A stretch of 64,000 nucleotides of DNA from positions 198,028,001 through 198,092,000 of the forward strand of contig OZ024741.1 in NCBI GenBank assembly GCA_964016885.1, in the 5' to 3' direction. Position 1 is the stretch's first letter, and every line of letters begins with the position of its first letter. The translations under genes were made by a program, and so were the position numbers. This document shows, piece after piece, positions 11,815 to 23,630 of this stretch. Source of the DNA: Eledone cirrhosa. Taxonomy: Eukaryota. The notes under the pieces were generated by a model. That model made no database searches, was not told the DNA's origin, and saw nothing but the letters and a program-made list of their open reading frames with translations.

Positions 11815-12130
11815 ATCTTCCGGCCTTTCTAGAGAATCGTAAAAGCACATATCGTTATACGCTTTTTCTATGAAAATTAGTAGTGGGCAGACTAATTTGC
11901 ATAGAGCGTGAGTACGTACCGGTTCAGCGGAGACGATAAAAACAAATAACGAAACGAAATTAAATTTCGTTTCGTTTGTAACTCACTTTTGTATGACTGA
12001 CGCTTAAACAATTAAGTTAAAACCGGTACGTACTCACGCTCTATGCAAATTAGTCTGCCCACTACTAATTTTCATAGAAAAAGCATATAACGATATGTGC
12101 TTTTACGATTCTCTAGAAAGGCCGGAAGAT

Positions 12131-12183
12131 AGGTAAATATTGCTGATGAGATGTAACAACATCGAAACTAGTCCAATATTCCT
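12131..12183 (+). ncRNA. Minimal type I hammerhead ribozyme
   Basis: AATATTG-CTGATGA-GATG(TAACAA)CATC-GAAA-CTAG-TC-CAATATT. Canonical core, 7-bp stem I, palindromic stem III ACTAGT, GUC cleavage after 12173. Confidence 0.88.
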
Positions 12184-12400
12184 GTCTGGCTTTCTGGAGA
12201 ATAGAGGAAAGGTGTTTTCTCGAAAACCAGTATGACTCTAAAAACCGGTTTGTCTGTGTGTTTACATACAGAATAGCTGGACACTCACAGTAAAGTGTCC
12301 AGTGAAAAACTCGGTACATCTACATATGTACACGTGTGTGTATTCATATGCATACTAGTATTTCAGTATACATATGTGGATGTACATTTTTAACTTAATT

Positions 12401-12455
<55 letters not shown>

Positions 12456-13614
12456 GTGCATTACCATTCGTTTAGTAGATGTAAACAAAGACGTCCAACT
12501 TCTGCGGTAGAAATTGTGTGAATGAAAGTAAAAATATAGATTCCATGTGAAAGTCATCGAGGTACTTCATTGGCTGATTCAGTTCATGTGGGGGTGTTAA
12601 TATATTAGTGAAAACAGATATTCTTGCATCCCAATGGCATCAACCATTCTGTCATGTGAGCCTGAGTACATATTTGTTTTGCGAAAGGCATTCTGGTGTC
12701 GCTGTTTCTTTTGACAAGTTTGACAGTCAGTGGTATCATGTTAATTGTTGATGTACATGTGTTTGTTGGTTATTGGCCTTGGTGGTGCGAAGAGAGTAAG
12801 AGTTTCATAGCCTACATGTGCAAATGCATTAAATAAAGCTAAGTTGGTTTTCGCGGAATATTAGGAGAAAATGGTCTGAAATTACAATGGATTGAAATTA
12901 CCAAGCATCTCTTTCATGGCAACAAAATGATACGTCACTCTTTCTGCTAAATAAAGCCGTACGTTGCTGCAATATTTACCACTTCCAAGGGTTGCAAAAC
13001 TGGCAATTACGAGATGCGAGTGAATAAGAATGGGCCACGACAAAGACGCTCCATGTAATGTTGGAGAAGTCGTCTCTTTGCTGCCAGTACCTCCAGATAA
13101 AACGGAATAGGAAAGTGGAGTTTTTCGCTGCCTGTGCACTTGAAGGATTGTATATATTGAGTAAACCTTCCCTTATATGTATATATATATATATATATTG
13201 AAAATAAAATTAGATAGAAGCATTTTACTGACTGCAGAGAATAGTGTATATAAGGTCATATACCCCCCCATAACGGAACAAAATGCGCGTTAGCATATGT
13301 TGCCAGAAACTGTTTAGAAACCCTTTGGATTCTATATAGTTTCTGATTTCCAACTTTCACTTTGCTTGATCCAGGCTATGGTAGAAGATCACTTGTTCAA
13401 ATTGATGAGCAACAGATTCCAACCCGAAATCTCATAATTACTCAGCTAATGTCTTAATCACACAGTCATGTTTGCGCATTTATTTGTGCTAAATGTCCGG
13501 TTCGGTCTCAATGAGAATATTAAAAGAATGTGGTTGAAGAATGTACTAAGATTTCGTCACTAAATCTTAGCAGATATTAAAGAATGCAACTAAAGGCCAG
13601 CTTGAACGAAACAT

Positions 13615-13900
13615 GATGGTGACATCTTGGGCAAGTGTCATTTACCATAACCACGGGTCCACCCATACCTTGTGACTGAAATTGAGTAGACAGAAACTGT
13701 ATGGAAGCCCGTCGGATGCACTGTAACTGTGATTCAAAAGATCACCTTTGTCACACATTTTCACGCTGAATTTCCTAGCGAATTACTTTAATGGTACACA
13801 CATCTGTGGATTGACCAGCCACTAACACATTAATTTCATGAGCGGGTTGCTCCATTCCTTGAACAACTGGAACACTCATCGTCGAAACCGAGCGAGGTCT
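13615..13900 (+). mobile_element. SINE family B / CORE-like SINE remnants
   Basis: CTTGGGCAAGTGTCA core and a 3' block similar to 15520-15690. Confidence 0.5.
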
Positions 13901-13979
13901 TTTCCCAATTCAAGGTCTAAATACGATCAGTATGAAATTTGGGACAGATCCATCGGCGTAAGTAACTAACTATTCCTCA

Positions 13980-14021
13980 CATACTCACACACTCACACAC
14001 TCAAACACACTCAAACACACT

Positions 14022-14087
<66 letters not shown>

Positions 14088-14090
14088 CAC
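13980..14090. repeat. (CA)n microsatellite
   Basis: Directly visible. Confidence 0.95.
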
Positions 14091-14569
14091 GGGTCCTCAT
14101 CTGCTATCGATATATTTGTAGGCTGTCCCCGAATCGAATTTTCTATTTTCTATTTTCCCTATCTTCCATTATATGTTTGGATTCAGCGTAATCCTGTTAC
14201 ATAATTCTGCAGATGACACCTGATGAGATCGCCTTGTCTTGCATCATATTTGGAGCTGGGCCATCGTAATATATTTACTAAAGTAAATATTCCAGTCCGG
14301 CCTTCTGTTGCTTTAATGAATATTTTACTCCGTTTCTGCTCCAACCACTGGATACCACATGTACGATGGATGACTTGCCTAACGTTGAGTGCTTAAAATT
14401 AATTTGTTGCATCATCGTCCACCAACCAGAACCACCAGTTCTAGCCATTGGTAAACAACCTAACAAAAATGATATATATACATACTTTGGTATTATATTA
14501 TATATACATACTTTGGTATTATATTTTATATACATACTTTGGTATTATATTATATATACATACTTTGTT

Positions 14570-14890
14570 ATACAGCTGAGTGAACTTGAGAAACATGAAA
14601 TTAAGTGTCTTACTCAAGGACACAACATCACCGGGAATCTAACTCGTGATTGTGAATCTAACGTTCTATGCATTAAGTCACGCTCCTTCATATATATATG
14701 TATATATGTATGTATATGTATGTATATATATTTTTGTCGATCGACTTCCGTCAAATCGGACCGAGGAAACAATGTTTCCGTTGGTCTTTCCAATTACTAA
14801 TACTATCTATCGGTCGCAAATCCAGGTAGAAGGAGCAACGTGAAATAAAGTGTCTTGCTCAAGGACATAACGCATCGCCCGATCCGCGAA
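14570..14890 (-). mobile_element. Two SINE family B fragments
   Basis: TGAAATTAAGTGTCTTACTCAAGGACACAAC (~14600) and TGAAATAAAGTGTCTTGCTCAAGGACATAAC (~14845) match the copy at 56340. Confidence 0.6.
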
Positions 14891-14896
14891 TCGATA

Positions 14897-15021
<125 letters not shown>

Positions 15022-15367
15022 TCGTGTATACATACATTGATCCAAAGTTAGGAATACGACAAAAAAGGACTTAGCACATTAAAATGCTAATAGAAATATA
15101 TCTATAAAAATAGCACCCGACACTTGTACAGACTTTTGAAATCAAATAGATATTGATCTATTATATTTCCGCCAGGGAGACTATGTATATATATATGTTA
15201 TGAATTGATATGAATAATTCGAGAGCCTCATAAATAACAAATTAAACAACAAAAAGTAATGGCAGTGTCTACTTGATATAGCCCTGGTCACATCATCTAC
15301 TTATACTAAGGGATATTAATCCAGACGTATTTATACACAATCAATTAATCAATGTACATAAATATAG

Positions 15368-15692
15368 TGAAGGCGCACGGCTTAGTCGTTAGAGTTTTCG
15401 ACTCATAATCGTAAGGTCGTAAGTTTAATTCCCGGTGAGGCATTCTGTCCTAAAACAAGACACTTTATTTCCTGCTGCTCTCGTCAACCGAACTGGCAAA
15501 AATTAATTGTACCTGCAATTCAAAGGGCCTGGATCGTTGCACACACTGTGTAATATTGGATCTAAATGAGAACTACGTTATGGGTGAGCATGTTTGTGGA
15601 ATACACAGCCACTTGCACATTAATTTCAAGAACAGATTGTTCCATTGTTCGATCAAATCGAATTCTCGTTGTCGAAAACGATGGAAATCCAA
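15368..15692 (+). mobile_element. tRNA-derived SINE family B
   Basis: tRNA-like head GGCGCACGGCTTAGTCGTTAGAG..AAGTTTAATTCCC followed by TGTCCT..CAAGACACTTTATTTC. Confidence 0.65.
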
Positions 15693-15914
15693 CACATAAT
15701 TACGTAAGAAATTATACGGATTATAATGCGACTGTTTAGTAATACAAAATATGTGTGGCTACTGTTATAATAGTCAACAAATTTTGAAAAGTTGTGTGCT
15801 TCATAAATAAGATTATTTAATTCTTATGTATTTTTATGTCTTGATAAATACTTATTAGCTACAGGCTTGTTGATACACAACATGTAATATTTGATTATTT
15901 TATTGTAATGTACA

Positions 15915-17254
15915 ATATGTGACATTATGTTTTAAGCTCTAGTCCGTATCTACTCTCTACCTTTTTGCTTGACGCTTATAGTGGGCTGAAATATCATCTC
16001 TTGCCAATGTCCAGCAATAGTTTACAAGCAATATTGTGCTCCATTTGCCCTAGTACCGCTTTGCCATGGTTGAAATATCTTGGTGAAACCTTTCACCATG
16101 TTCGTCAATAACTGCCACACAGTTTGTTGGAAAAAAGTCTAAATGTGAGTCCAAATAGCGGATTTTAAGTGACATTCGTATAAGCCTTGATGAGGTTTTC
16201 CACCAATTCTTCATAGATTCCTTCCCTTCTATTTCTGAGAAATCCCTTCGCCACTAACTTGAATGCTTCCCAAGCAGCTTTCTCCTCCACATGAAGGGCT
16301 GATTCAAAGTCACCATCTTCAAGAGCTCTCGAATCTACGGACCAATGGAAATTCCCTCTTTTATCTTAGCATCACTCAGTGAGGGGAATTTTAACATTAA
16401 ATACTTGAATCCCTGACCCGATTTGTCCACAGCTTTTACAAAGTTTTTCATGAGCCCCAGTTTTATGTGTAGAGGAGGAGGCAAAATTTATTTTGGTTTA
16501 GTGAGAGGTGGCTGTTGAACATTTTTCTTCCCAGGCTCCAATGATTGACGAGGTAGCCAGTCTCTCCTAATATAGTGGGAACATCTTGCACAGCTTTCCC
16601 ATTCACACAGAAAGAAAGCAGCAATACTTCGTGTATCCGCCCTTCAATCCCACTACAAGAGCAACAACCTTTAAATAACCACAGAGCTACCTTTCATGTT
16701 CATCTCATAAGTTTCTTTCATATGTGATGCATAGCCCACAGGAAAGGAAGGTTTACTTATGCAGCAATACAACTTTCAGACTAGATTTTGATGAATCTAT
16801 GAACAACCTTCGGTGACTGGATTTGTATTCAATACCAAGTGTTTCCATCAGACCATTAATATTGTTGCAGGTCAATAAATCACCTTCCTTTATAAAGGAA
16901 TTGCTGAACTGCTGTTGACGGTCACGAAATTTTGACATCTTCACATCATCTACTAGGAGATTCCACTGTTGAAGAGATCCTAGCAGCTCTGCCTTATTCT
17001 TAGATAGTTGTAGACCCCTGACAAGGTCATGGAATTCCCCTTATGTTATGAGATGTAGTCTAGAGGAATGTGCTTCATTAAAATTTGGGTTACTCTCTAA
17101 TCCAGCACTGCCTTCCTTCTCTGCTTCCCCCTCATCACTTTCTTTTTCCGACTCGAATGATACGTGGAACTGGGTGAATAGCTTTGACAAGCACTTTTTT
17201 ATTGGATGTATGATGCAGAAATAACAATTGTTGGTGTGGTCTGTTGGCTCCCGC
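15915..17254 (-). pseudogene. Chapaev3-type (CMC superfamily) DNA transposase, degraded
   Basis: Motifs REPTDHTNNCYFC, RLFIDSSKSSLKVVLLH, PPLHIKLGLMKNFVKA, LSDAKIKEGI, DEHGERFHQDIST; multiple stops and frameshifts. Confidence 0.8.
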
Positions 17255-20210
17255 ACGCAATGCCCCCTCTCCTCAAACTTCCACCCGATGGGAGGATGAC
17301 CGGTGCCACTCGTGCACCACGCGCAACATGCGCAAGAGAGGAAGTACCTGCTCCAAATGCAACAGCTTCTTCCACCTCTCTTGCGTCAAACTCACAAGAC
17401 GCGCGTCGGATTCCTTGCACCTGTGGCAATGCCCATCATGCCCTACCCACCATGAAACCACAGGTGGTCACTGGTACCCGACCCAATGGGAATCTGAACC
17501 CGCTCGGCGGACGAGTGTCTAGTGGTAATCTCCCGCCTCAGGCAGTCGCAGTGTATCATCACCAGGTTCCACAGGTCTGCCCGCACTACCGTGGCTGAAG
17601 CGCTAGCGAATTCAATCCACCGAATGCTTGACTCGGGCAACCTACGGGACTGGACTAGACTGTTCAGTATTGCAACTAACTGTCAATGTCCTTTCTATCT
17701 GCGACCCTTCACCCGTGAAGCTCTCGGCACTCTCGAGCTGCCCACCAGTGCCAACACAACGCCCCCAATTCACCCACGACAGCACGAAACATCTCCGAGA
17801 CAGAGCCAACCTCAAACTCATTGAGGGCGATGTTTCAGTGGCTTTTCGAGTGCTGGCCTCACGCGGCGCTGTGCTCCGATCAGCACCAGACGTTTTGTCG
17901 GCGCTTCGCCTCAAACATCCGGACTCTTCTACCAACATCAGGGACGCTCCATCCCTGCCAACAATCTCTCTCCGGCAGCGTCCAGCGAGGACGAGGTAGC
18001 CTCCCTAAGATCTTTTCCTGGTAACAACAGTGGTGGAGTAGACGGCTTACGTCCCGGTCACCTCCGAGACCTCATCTCGTCTCACGCGGCGGAAGGGGCC
18101 GGACTGCTGCAGTTATTAACAGCCTTTACCAATTGTCTCCTCTTCGCGAGCTTGCCCAGCCATACCTGCAATATTTTCTTCTCAGCCAACTTGACCGCCC
18201 CGGGGAAGAATAGGTAAGGTCTTCTAGCGACTCGCAGCCAAGATGGCCTGCAACTCAGTCAAAGACGACCTGAGCGACGTGCTAAGCCCTGTCCAGCTCG
18301 GATTGGGAATGAAGTGCGGTTGTGAGGCCGCAGCTCATGCGACCAAACACTTCATAGAGCACGCGCCTCCCTCGTCAACACACCTCCTCGTAAAGCCGGA
18401 CATGACTAATGCCTTCAACAGCGTTAGACGGGATCACGTCTCAGAAACATGTCTCAGTAGAGCCCCCTCCATCTACCCTCTCGTTCATCTTTCGTACGGA
18501 AGACCCAGCTCACCTATGGCCGCTGACAACAGAGTTACTTCCGCCACAGGTGCCGCTCCTATTCGCGCTGGCAGTCCATGGTGTATCCCGGTCGGTTCCG
18601 CCTCCCCTCAACGTCTGGAACCTGGACGACGCAACCCTGGGAGGCCCGGCTGAGACGGTAGTTGAGGACCTTCGACAGATCATCCCAGCTCTATAGCTCC
18701 TTGGACTTGAGATCAACCCAACACCAAGTGTGAGGTGACCAACATCAGTTACGGAGAAGTCGAAATACTGTTCCCATCCTGCCTGGCGCTCGGCTGACAC
18801 CCAAGAACGCTACATGCATTCTTGGCTCCCCTATTCTCCCGAAAGCCATAAGAGAATACCTGGAGACTAAGCACGAGGATTTGTCTTGATTAGCAGTGAG
18901 GCTGCGCCTCGTTGACGCTCATCCTGCGCTTTTCCTCTTGAGGAAATGTTTCGCCCTCCCCGAATTCTCATTCACTCTGCGCGGTGCACGTTGCCCCCCA
19001 CCCCCACCACCACCACCCACCCGCAGATCTTCTCGGGGAACTTGACACCACCATTCGACGCTGTGTGGAACTCATCTGCAATGTCAGTTTCGACAGCGCA
19101 GGAGGCAACAGGCCACACTACCATCGAAGTTCGGTGGGCTCGGCTTCCGATAGGTTTCAGATCTAGCTTTACCAGCCTACCTCTCCTCTATCTCCTCCTG
19201 TTGCGCTCTCGTCGGCGAAGTTCTCAGCCAGATGGTGGAACCTGACCTGGCCCCTACGATGGAACAGGCTCTGGCCTACTGAACAGGCGAAGGCCCCTCT
19301 ATCCCCCAGTATGCTACGATCCAACATAACAAGGACGACATCAATTACAGGTCTTCTGTCAGACAGATCGAGTCTGGTTTGGACCAACACCACTCCGCTT
19401 CTCAGCCCAACAGTGGCGTGTTGCTCAATTCGGTGCCCTCCTCATCAACCTGTACCCTTCTTGATGAGTGCACTCGCATCGGACTAGCCCAACACCTTGG
19501 CCTCTGTGTGTGTGAGTCACATAAAATGCCTCTGCAGGGTGGTTGTTGACAAGTTCGGCCTGCACCCTCTCTCTTGCCGCCAGAGCACAGGCCGGTTGCC
19601 CCGATACGCCCTTCTCAACGACATTTTGAGAAAGAGCCTGGACGCAGCTGGCTTTCCTTCTCAAATGGAGCCAGCAGGCCTAGACCACGGAGCTGGCAAG
19701 CGCACCGACGGAATCACCCTCTTCCCATTTGAAGGAGGTAGATCCCTCATCAGCAACGCCACATGCTATGACACGTTTTTCACCTCCAACTTAGTCATTT
19801 TGGTCACAAACCCCGGCAACGCGGCACACCTCGTAGAAGAACATAACATATACAAATACCGGGGTTTTTTCGGCCGCTTCCTCTTCACACCGGTTACCGT
19901 CGAGACCTCAGGCGCACTTGGACCGTGTACTGCCGAGCTCCTCCACAAGATCGGAGCGTCGGTGCCCGTCTGAGGAGGGAGCTCCACGAGGTTGGGTGGC
20001 TGTTGCAGCGAGTGTCACTGGCCATCGTCCACGAGAATGCTTTTGCAGTCTTGTCCGCAGAGTGTGGCACTTCTGACTCCTTGCCCTAGACCAAAAGCCC
20101 AATCACCCTCTCCTTACAACCCTCCCCTCTTTTATGCGACACCAGAGTTCATGCCATCCCCTCCCCTTCTCGTTCTTTTTCTTTCTTTTTCTCTTTTTTC
20201 TCTATAATTC
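17255..20210 (+). mobile_element. CRE-clade RLE non-LTR retrotransposon, degraded, interrupting the Chapaev3 transposase
   Basis: N-terminal PHD finger; RT motifs GGVDGLRPGHL, QLGLG..GCEAAAH, DMTNAFNSVRR, NLDDATL; C-terminal CxC..H..C, KRTDGITL, KY, PVTVETSGALG. Confidence 0.8.
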
Positions 20211-20292
20211 CCTATTCTTTTTTCCTTTTCTTTTTTTTTATTATCGCCGTTATTATAGTAGTCATTATTATTATTATTATGGCGGTGGATAA

Positions 20293-20483
20293 GGGCGGTG
20301 GAGTGGCAGTATTGGTTGAGGGTCGTACACCATGCTTTGCAGCATAGAGTTACGGCTCTCTATGATCTGAGCTCAAATCCCGCCGAGGTTAACTTTGCCT
20401 TTCATCCTTACGGGGTCGATAAAATAAAGTACCAGTAATGTACTGGGGTAATTGCTGGCCTTGTGCCAATAGTAGAAACAATT
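20293..20483 (+). mobile_element. SINE family A, full length, within (TTA)n
   Basis: Head GGGCGGTGGAGTGGCAGTATTGGTTGA (A box), B-box-like GAGCTCAAATCC, central domain, tail then (ATT)n. Confidence 0.88.
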
Positions 20484-20789
20484 ATTATTATTATTATTAT
20501 TATTATTGTTACTGTAAATAAAGTATATAGTTTAAAAAGTGTTTGACTGGGAAAATCACCTACCTTTCACCTCAATATATAAACTTGTACAACACAACCA
20601 TCTCTTATGACTGTTAGAACAATACTGAAGGGCAGTGGGACTTACTGCCGCAAGCCTGTTGGACCCTGCTGTGACACGTAGGTGTATGTTGAAAAGTAGA
20701 GCTAACAAACAGCTTTAACCATGATATTCATTATCAGCAACCTAAAATTAGTAGGAAATTGCTACTCTGGTCTCAGAAGCATTTTGCTT

Positions 20790-21450
20790 GTTGACCAGTG
20801 CACACGCTACATGTGAATGGAGTTCCACTGGGTAAGTTCAAATGTCTCGGGGCCGTATTCACGAGTGATGGAAGGCAGGAGGCTGAATTAAGTGCAAGAA
20901 TTGCAAAAGCTGGTGCAGTAATGCGCCAGCTTCAGCATTCAGTAACCAGAAGAAGGGAAGTAGGTGTAAAAGCCAAACTCGCTATCTTCAATTCGGTTTT
21001 CGTGCCAACCCTTATCTATGGTCTTGAATCTTGGGTAGTGACCGAAAGAATACGATCACGAATACAAGCGACCTAAATGGGATTCCTCCGAAGGGTCTTT
21101 GGAGTAACATACTCAATAACGTGCGTAGCTCGGAGATCAAAAAGTCACTACAGGTAAAGCCACTACTTCTCCGAATTAAGAGATCACAGCTCCGATACTA
21201 TGGACATGTGGTTAGAATGTCTCAGGAAAGAATCGCTGAACAGATTTTATGGGCAAAACCAACTGGCAGGAGACCCAAGGATAGACTCCGAACAAGATGG
21301 TTGGATAACATCCATGATCTCGGCTGGTCAAAGTTGGGGATCCAGCCGGATCAGTTGGAGACGGTTGTTTATGACAGGACCGCCTGGAAGGAGTGTTTGA
21401 GGACTCTTCCCCCACGACCCTCTCAGGAATAAGTTGGTGAAGGAGAAGAT
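20790..21450 (+). mobile_element. RTE-like LINE 3' fragment
   Basis: FKCLGAVFTSDG..ARIAKA..PTLIYGLESW; QLRYYGHVVRM..GRRP..RTRWLD..DRTAWK. Confidence 0.8.
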
Positions 21451-21923
21451 TAGTGTTATCAACGTAAACATTTGTTTGCGGCAGAAGTAGAAATAATGCT
21501 GAACAGCCGTTATTCAAACAAAGTTGTCTATAGAAAATATAATGCCATTCAATAAAGTTTACATCTAAGAGTTACCGATACACTTAAGCATTGATTGTAT
21601 ATATATAAATATGAATACGAAATACATTCTTTTTATGAAGTTAATAATAATACATAAATATATAGATAACGCGTAAAATTAGAGAATATGTAAATATTGA
21701 TAACGCTAGGAGACATAAAACCATTCATATCATGACAATATCGATTAATAGTATACCGAACCTGACGAAAATATACTAGATCGATATCTATTTAAATTAG
21801 AATGTAAGTACAAGTGTCGAGTGCTATCGCCATAACACACACACACACATACATATATGTGTGTGAGAGAGAATATGTGTGCGAAAATATGTGTGTGTGT
21901 GTGTATGTGTGTATATATATATA

Positions 21924-22665
21924 CTAGCAGATTTACCCGGCGTTGCCCGGGGTTTGAAATTATGCTAAGAATATACAGCTAGGAAGTAAAAGAAGAAAAT
22001 TATTTGTCCCAAACCTGTCAAAATAAGCAGAAGTCTTCAATAATTAATGCAAACGAATATTTAGTGCAATCTTTGTCCACATAAAACTATGCTGATAATG
22101 AAGGAAAATTTTGTTTTAACTGGTTTCTTCATTGTAATAATAGTTTTTTTTATAAATTTACAATATCCTGGAAGCATAGATAATGCCTGCCTCAAATGTG
22201 GACGAAATTACTTTAAAAATGTAAAAGTTGTAGGTCCCAACGGTTTGAATAGAAAGTCCCATAAGGATTGTCTTTAGATTGATTTCTCCCTTCCAGCATA
22301 CACTTTAGAAAAAATAATCTTCTTGTATTACCCCGACGGCAGAGGCAATGCCTGCCTCACATTTGGTAAAAAAAAGCTCGAAAAATGTAAAAGTAATTGC
22401 AACTTTTAATTTGCTTGGAAAATCCCATAAGGATTTTGTCTTCATTGTTATCTCCCTTACATCATGCACTTTAGAAAAAATAATTTTGTTATTGATAATT
22501 TTACTATCGATTTTTTATTGCTCAACGTGGGTCGATTTGAAAAATGTTGTGATGTGACCATCTTAGCGACACGTGCAACGTGCACAGAAAATTTGGTCAA
22601 AATTCGGTTGGGAATTGCAAAACCTTAGGTGTCCAAATTTGTCCACAGATACACAAACATCCTCG

Positions 22666-22670
<5 letters not shown>
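21924..22670 (-). mobile_element. Non-autonomous Helitron
   Basis: Minus-strand 3' end CCCGGGCAACGCCGGG hairpin + CTAG (21924-21927); 5' end runs into (TA)n; internal imperfect ~100-200 bp repeats. Confidence 0.65.
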
Positions 22671-22757
<87 letters not shown>

Positions 22758-23239
22758 CATATATACATTATATATATGTATATGTGTGTGTGTGTGTGTA
22801 TACACGCATATATATATATATATATATACAATAAGGAATGAGTAGCAAAGCACTCAATAAACATACGTTTAAATAGATTGACAAATTGAAAATTGCGGTA
22901 GGCAAAACCCAACCATACAGTACCAAAACAACGAAAGAACTAATCAGGTTAAAACAGACCTGGACAGATCGGGCGATATTCTGCAACACGTCCGATATGT
23001 TTCTATAAATCCGAAATCATTTATCCAACTTATGTAACACGTAAGCTTGTGGTATTCCATGAACGAACAGGGGATTTATTTCATCAACAGGCATTCCGTT
23101 CTATTGTCTCAAACTGGTGTGAACAAACTAAATGCAGCCGCCACAATAGACAGCCTTCAAACATTTCGTTGTCACGTATTATTTCCAACAAGGGAAGAAA
23201 CCTCCTGTTTTTGGCGGGTAAATCCAAAGTTTTAACAAA

Positions 23240-23313
<74 letters not shown>

Positions 23314-23518
23314 TTATGCAAGAAATGCTTAGGATTATCCTGAATGCAGTAATGGTTAATGACTACACTAGATAGAGTTGACGTACGGTGAGGGGTTACT
23401 CAACAAGTTATTGAAGAAGAGTTGAAGAAACTCAATTTCTGATCTTCTGTATTCCGGAGTGTAGATAAAGAATGAATAATAACAGGTAGACATCATAAAA
23501 GGGTAATTTATTCCGAGT

Positions 23519-23614
23519 GCTTACAAATGTTTCAATAGTAGTTATACAGCCTAGTCATGCTATGTGCAAATTGGTAATTATTTTCAGAAACTGCTTCTAC
23601 CGTTTCCTCAGAGC
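23519..23614 (-). ncRNA. Hammerhead with ~71-nt stem II domain (PLE pLTR remnant ~23310-23630)
   Basis: GCU-CUGAGGA-AACGGUAG...CUACUAUU-GAAAC-AUUU-GUA-AGC, then AAUAAA. Stem I is only 3 bp. Confidence 0.5.
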
Positions 23615-23630
23615 TGAATGGTTAAAATGT

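Larger units (their letters stand above)
11475..12404. mobile_element. Non-coding palindromic HHR module inserted in (TA)n
   Basis: ~385-bp arms (~11540-11924 and ~12020-12404) are near-identical inverted copies; an ~83-bp block (11475-11558) is directly repeated at 11940-12022; the same spurious 68-aa ORF appears on both strands. Confidence 0.85.

Noticed and set aside
11626-12319. Identical 68-aa ORF on both strands
   Set aside because: A consequence of the inverted repeat; no protein features.
12882-13139. 85-aa ORF in unique-looking DNA
   Set aside because: No recognisable motif in any frame I translated and no convincing splice pair.
14220-14280. CTGATGAGATC...CCATCGTAA as a hammerhead
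   Set aside because: GAAA is replaced by GTAA and there is no credible stem I or III.
15067-15105. TTAGCA..TGCTAA-TAGAAATATATC resembling a hammerhead 3' half
   Set aside because: The CUGA part of the core and stem I are missing.
15368-15440. tRNA gene (also SINE heads at 20293, 56380-56449, 58516)
   Set aside because: A/B boxes run straight into SINE bodies and there is no complete cloverleaf.
20520-20740. Continuation and TIR of the Chapaev3 element beyond the CRE insertion
   Set aside because: Could not find a transposase N-terminus, a matching TIR or a TSD by eye.
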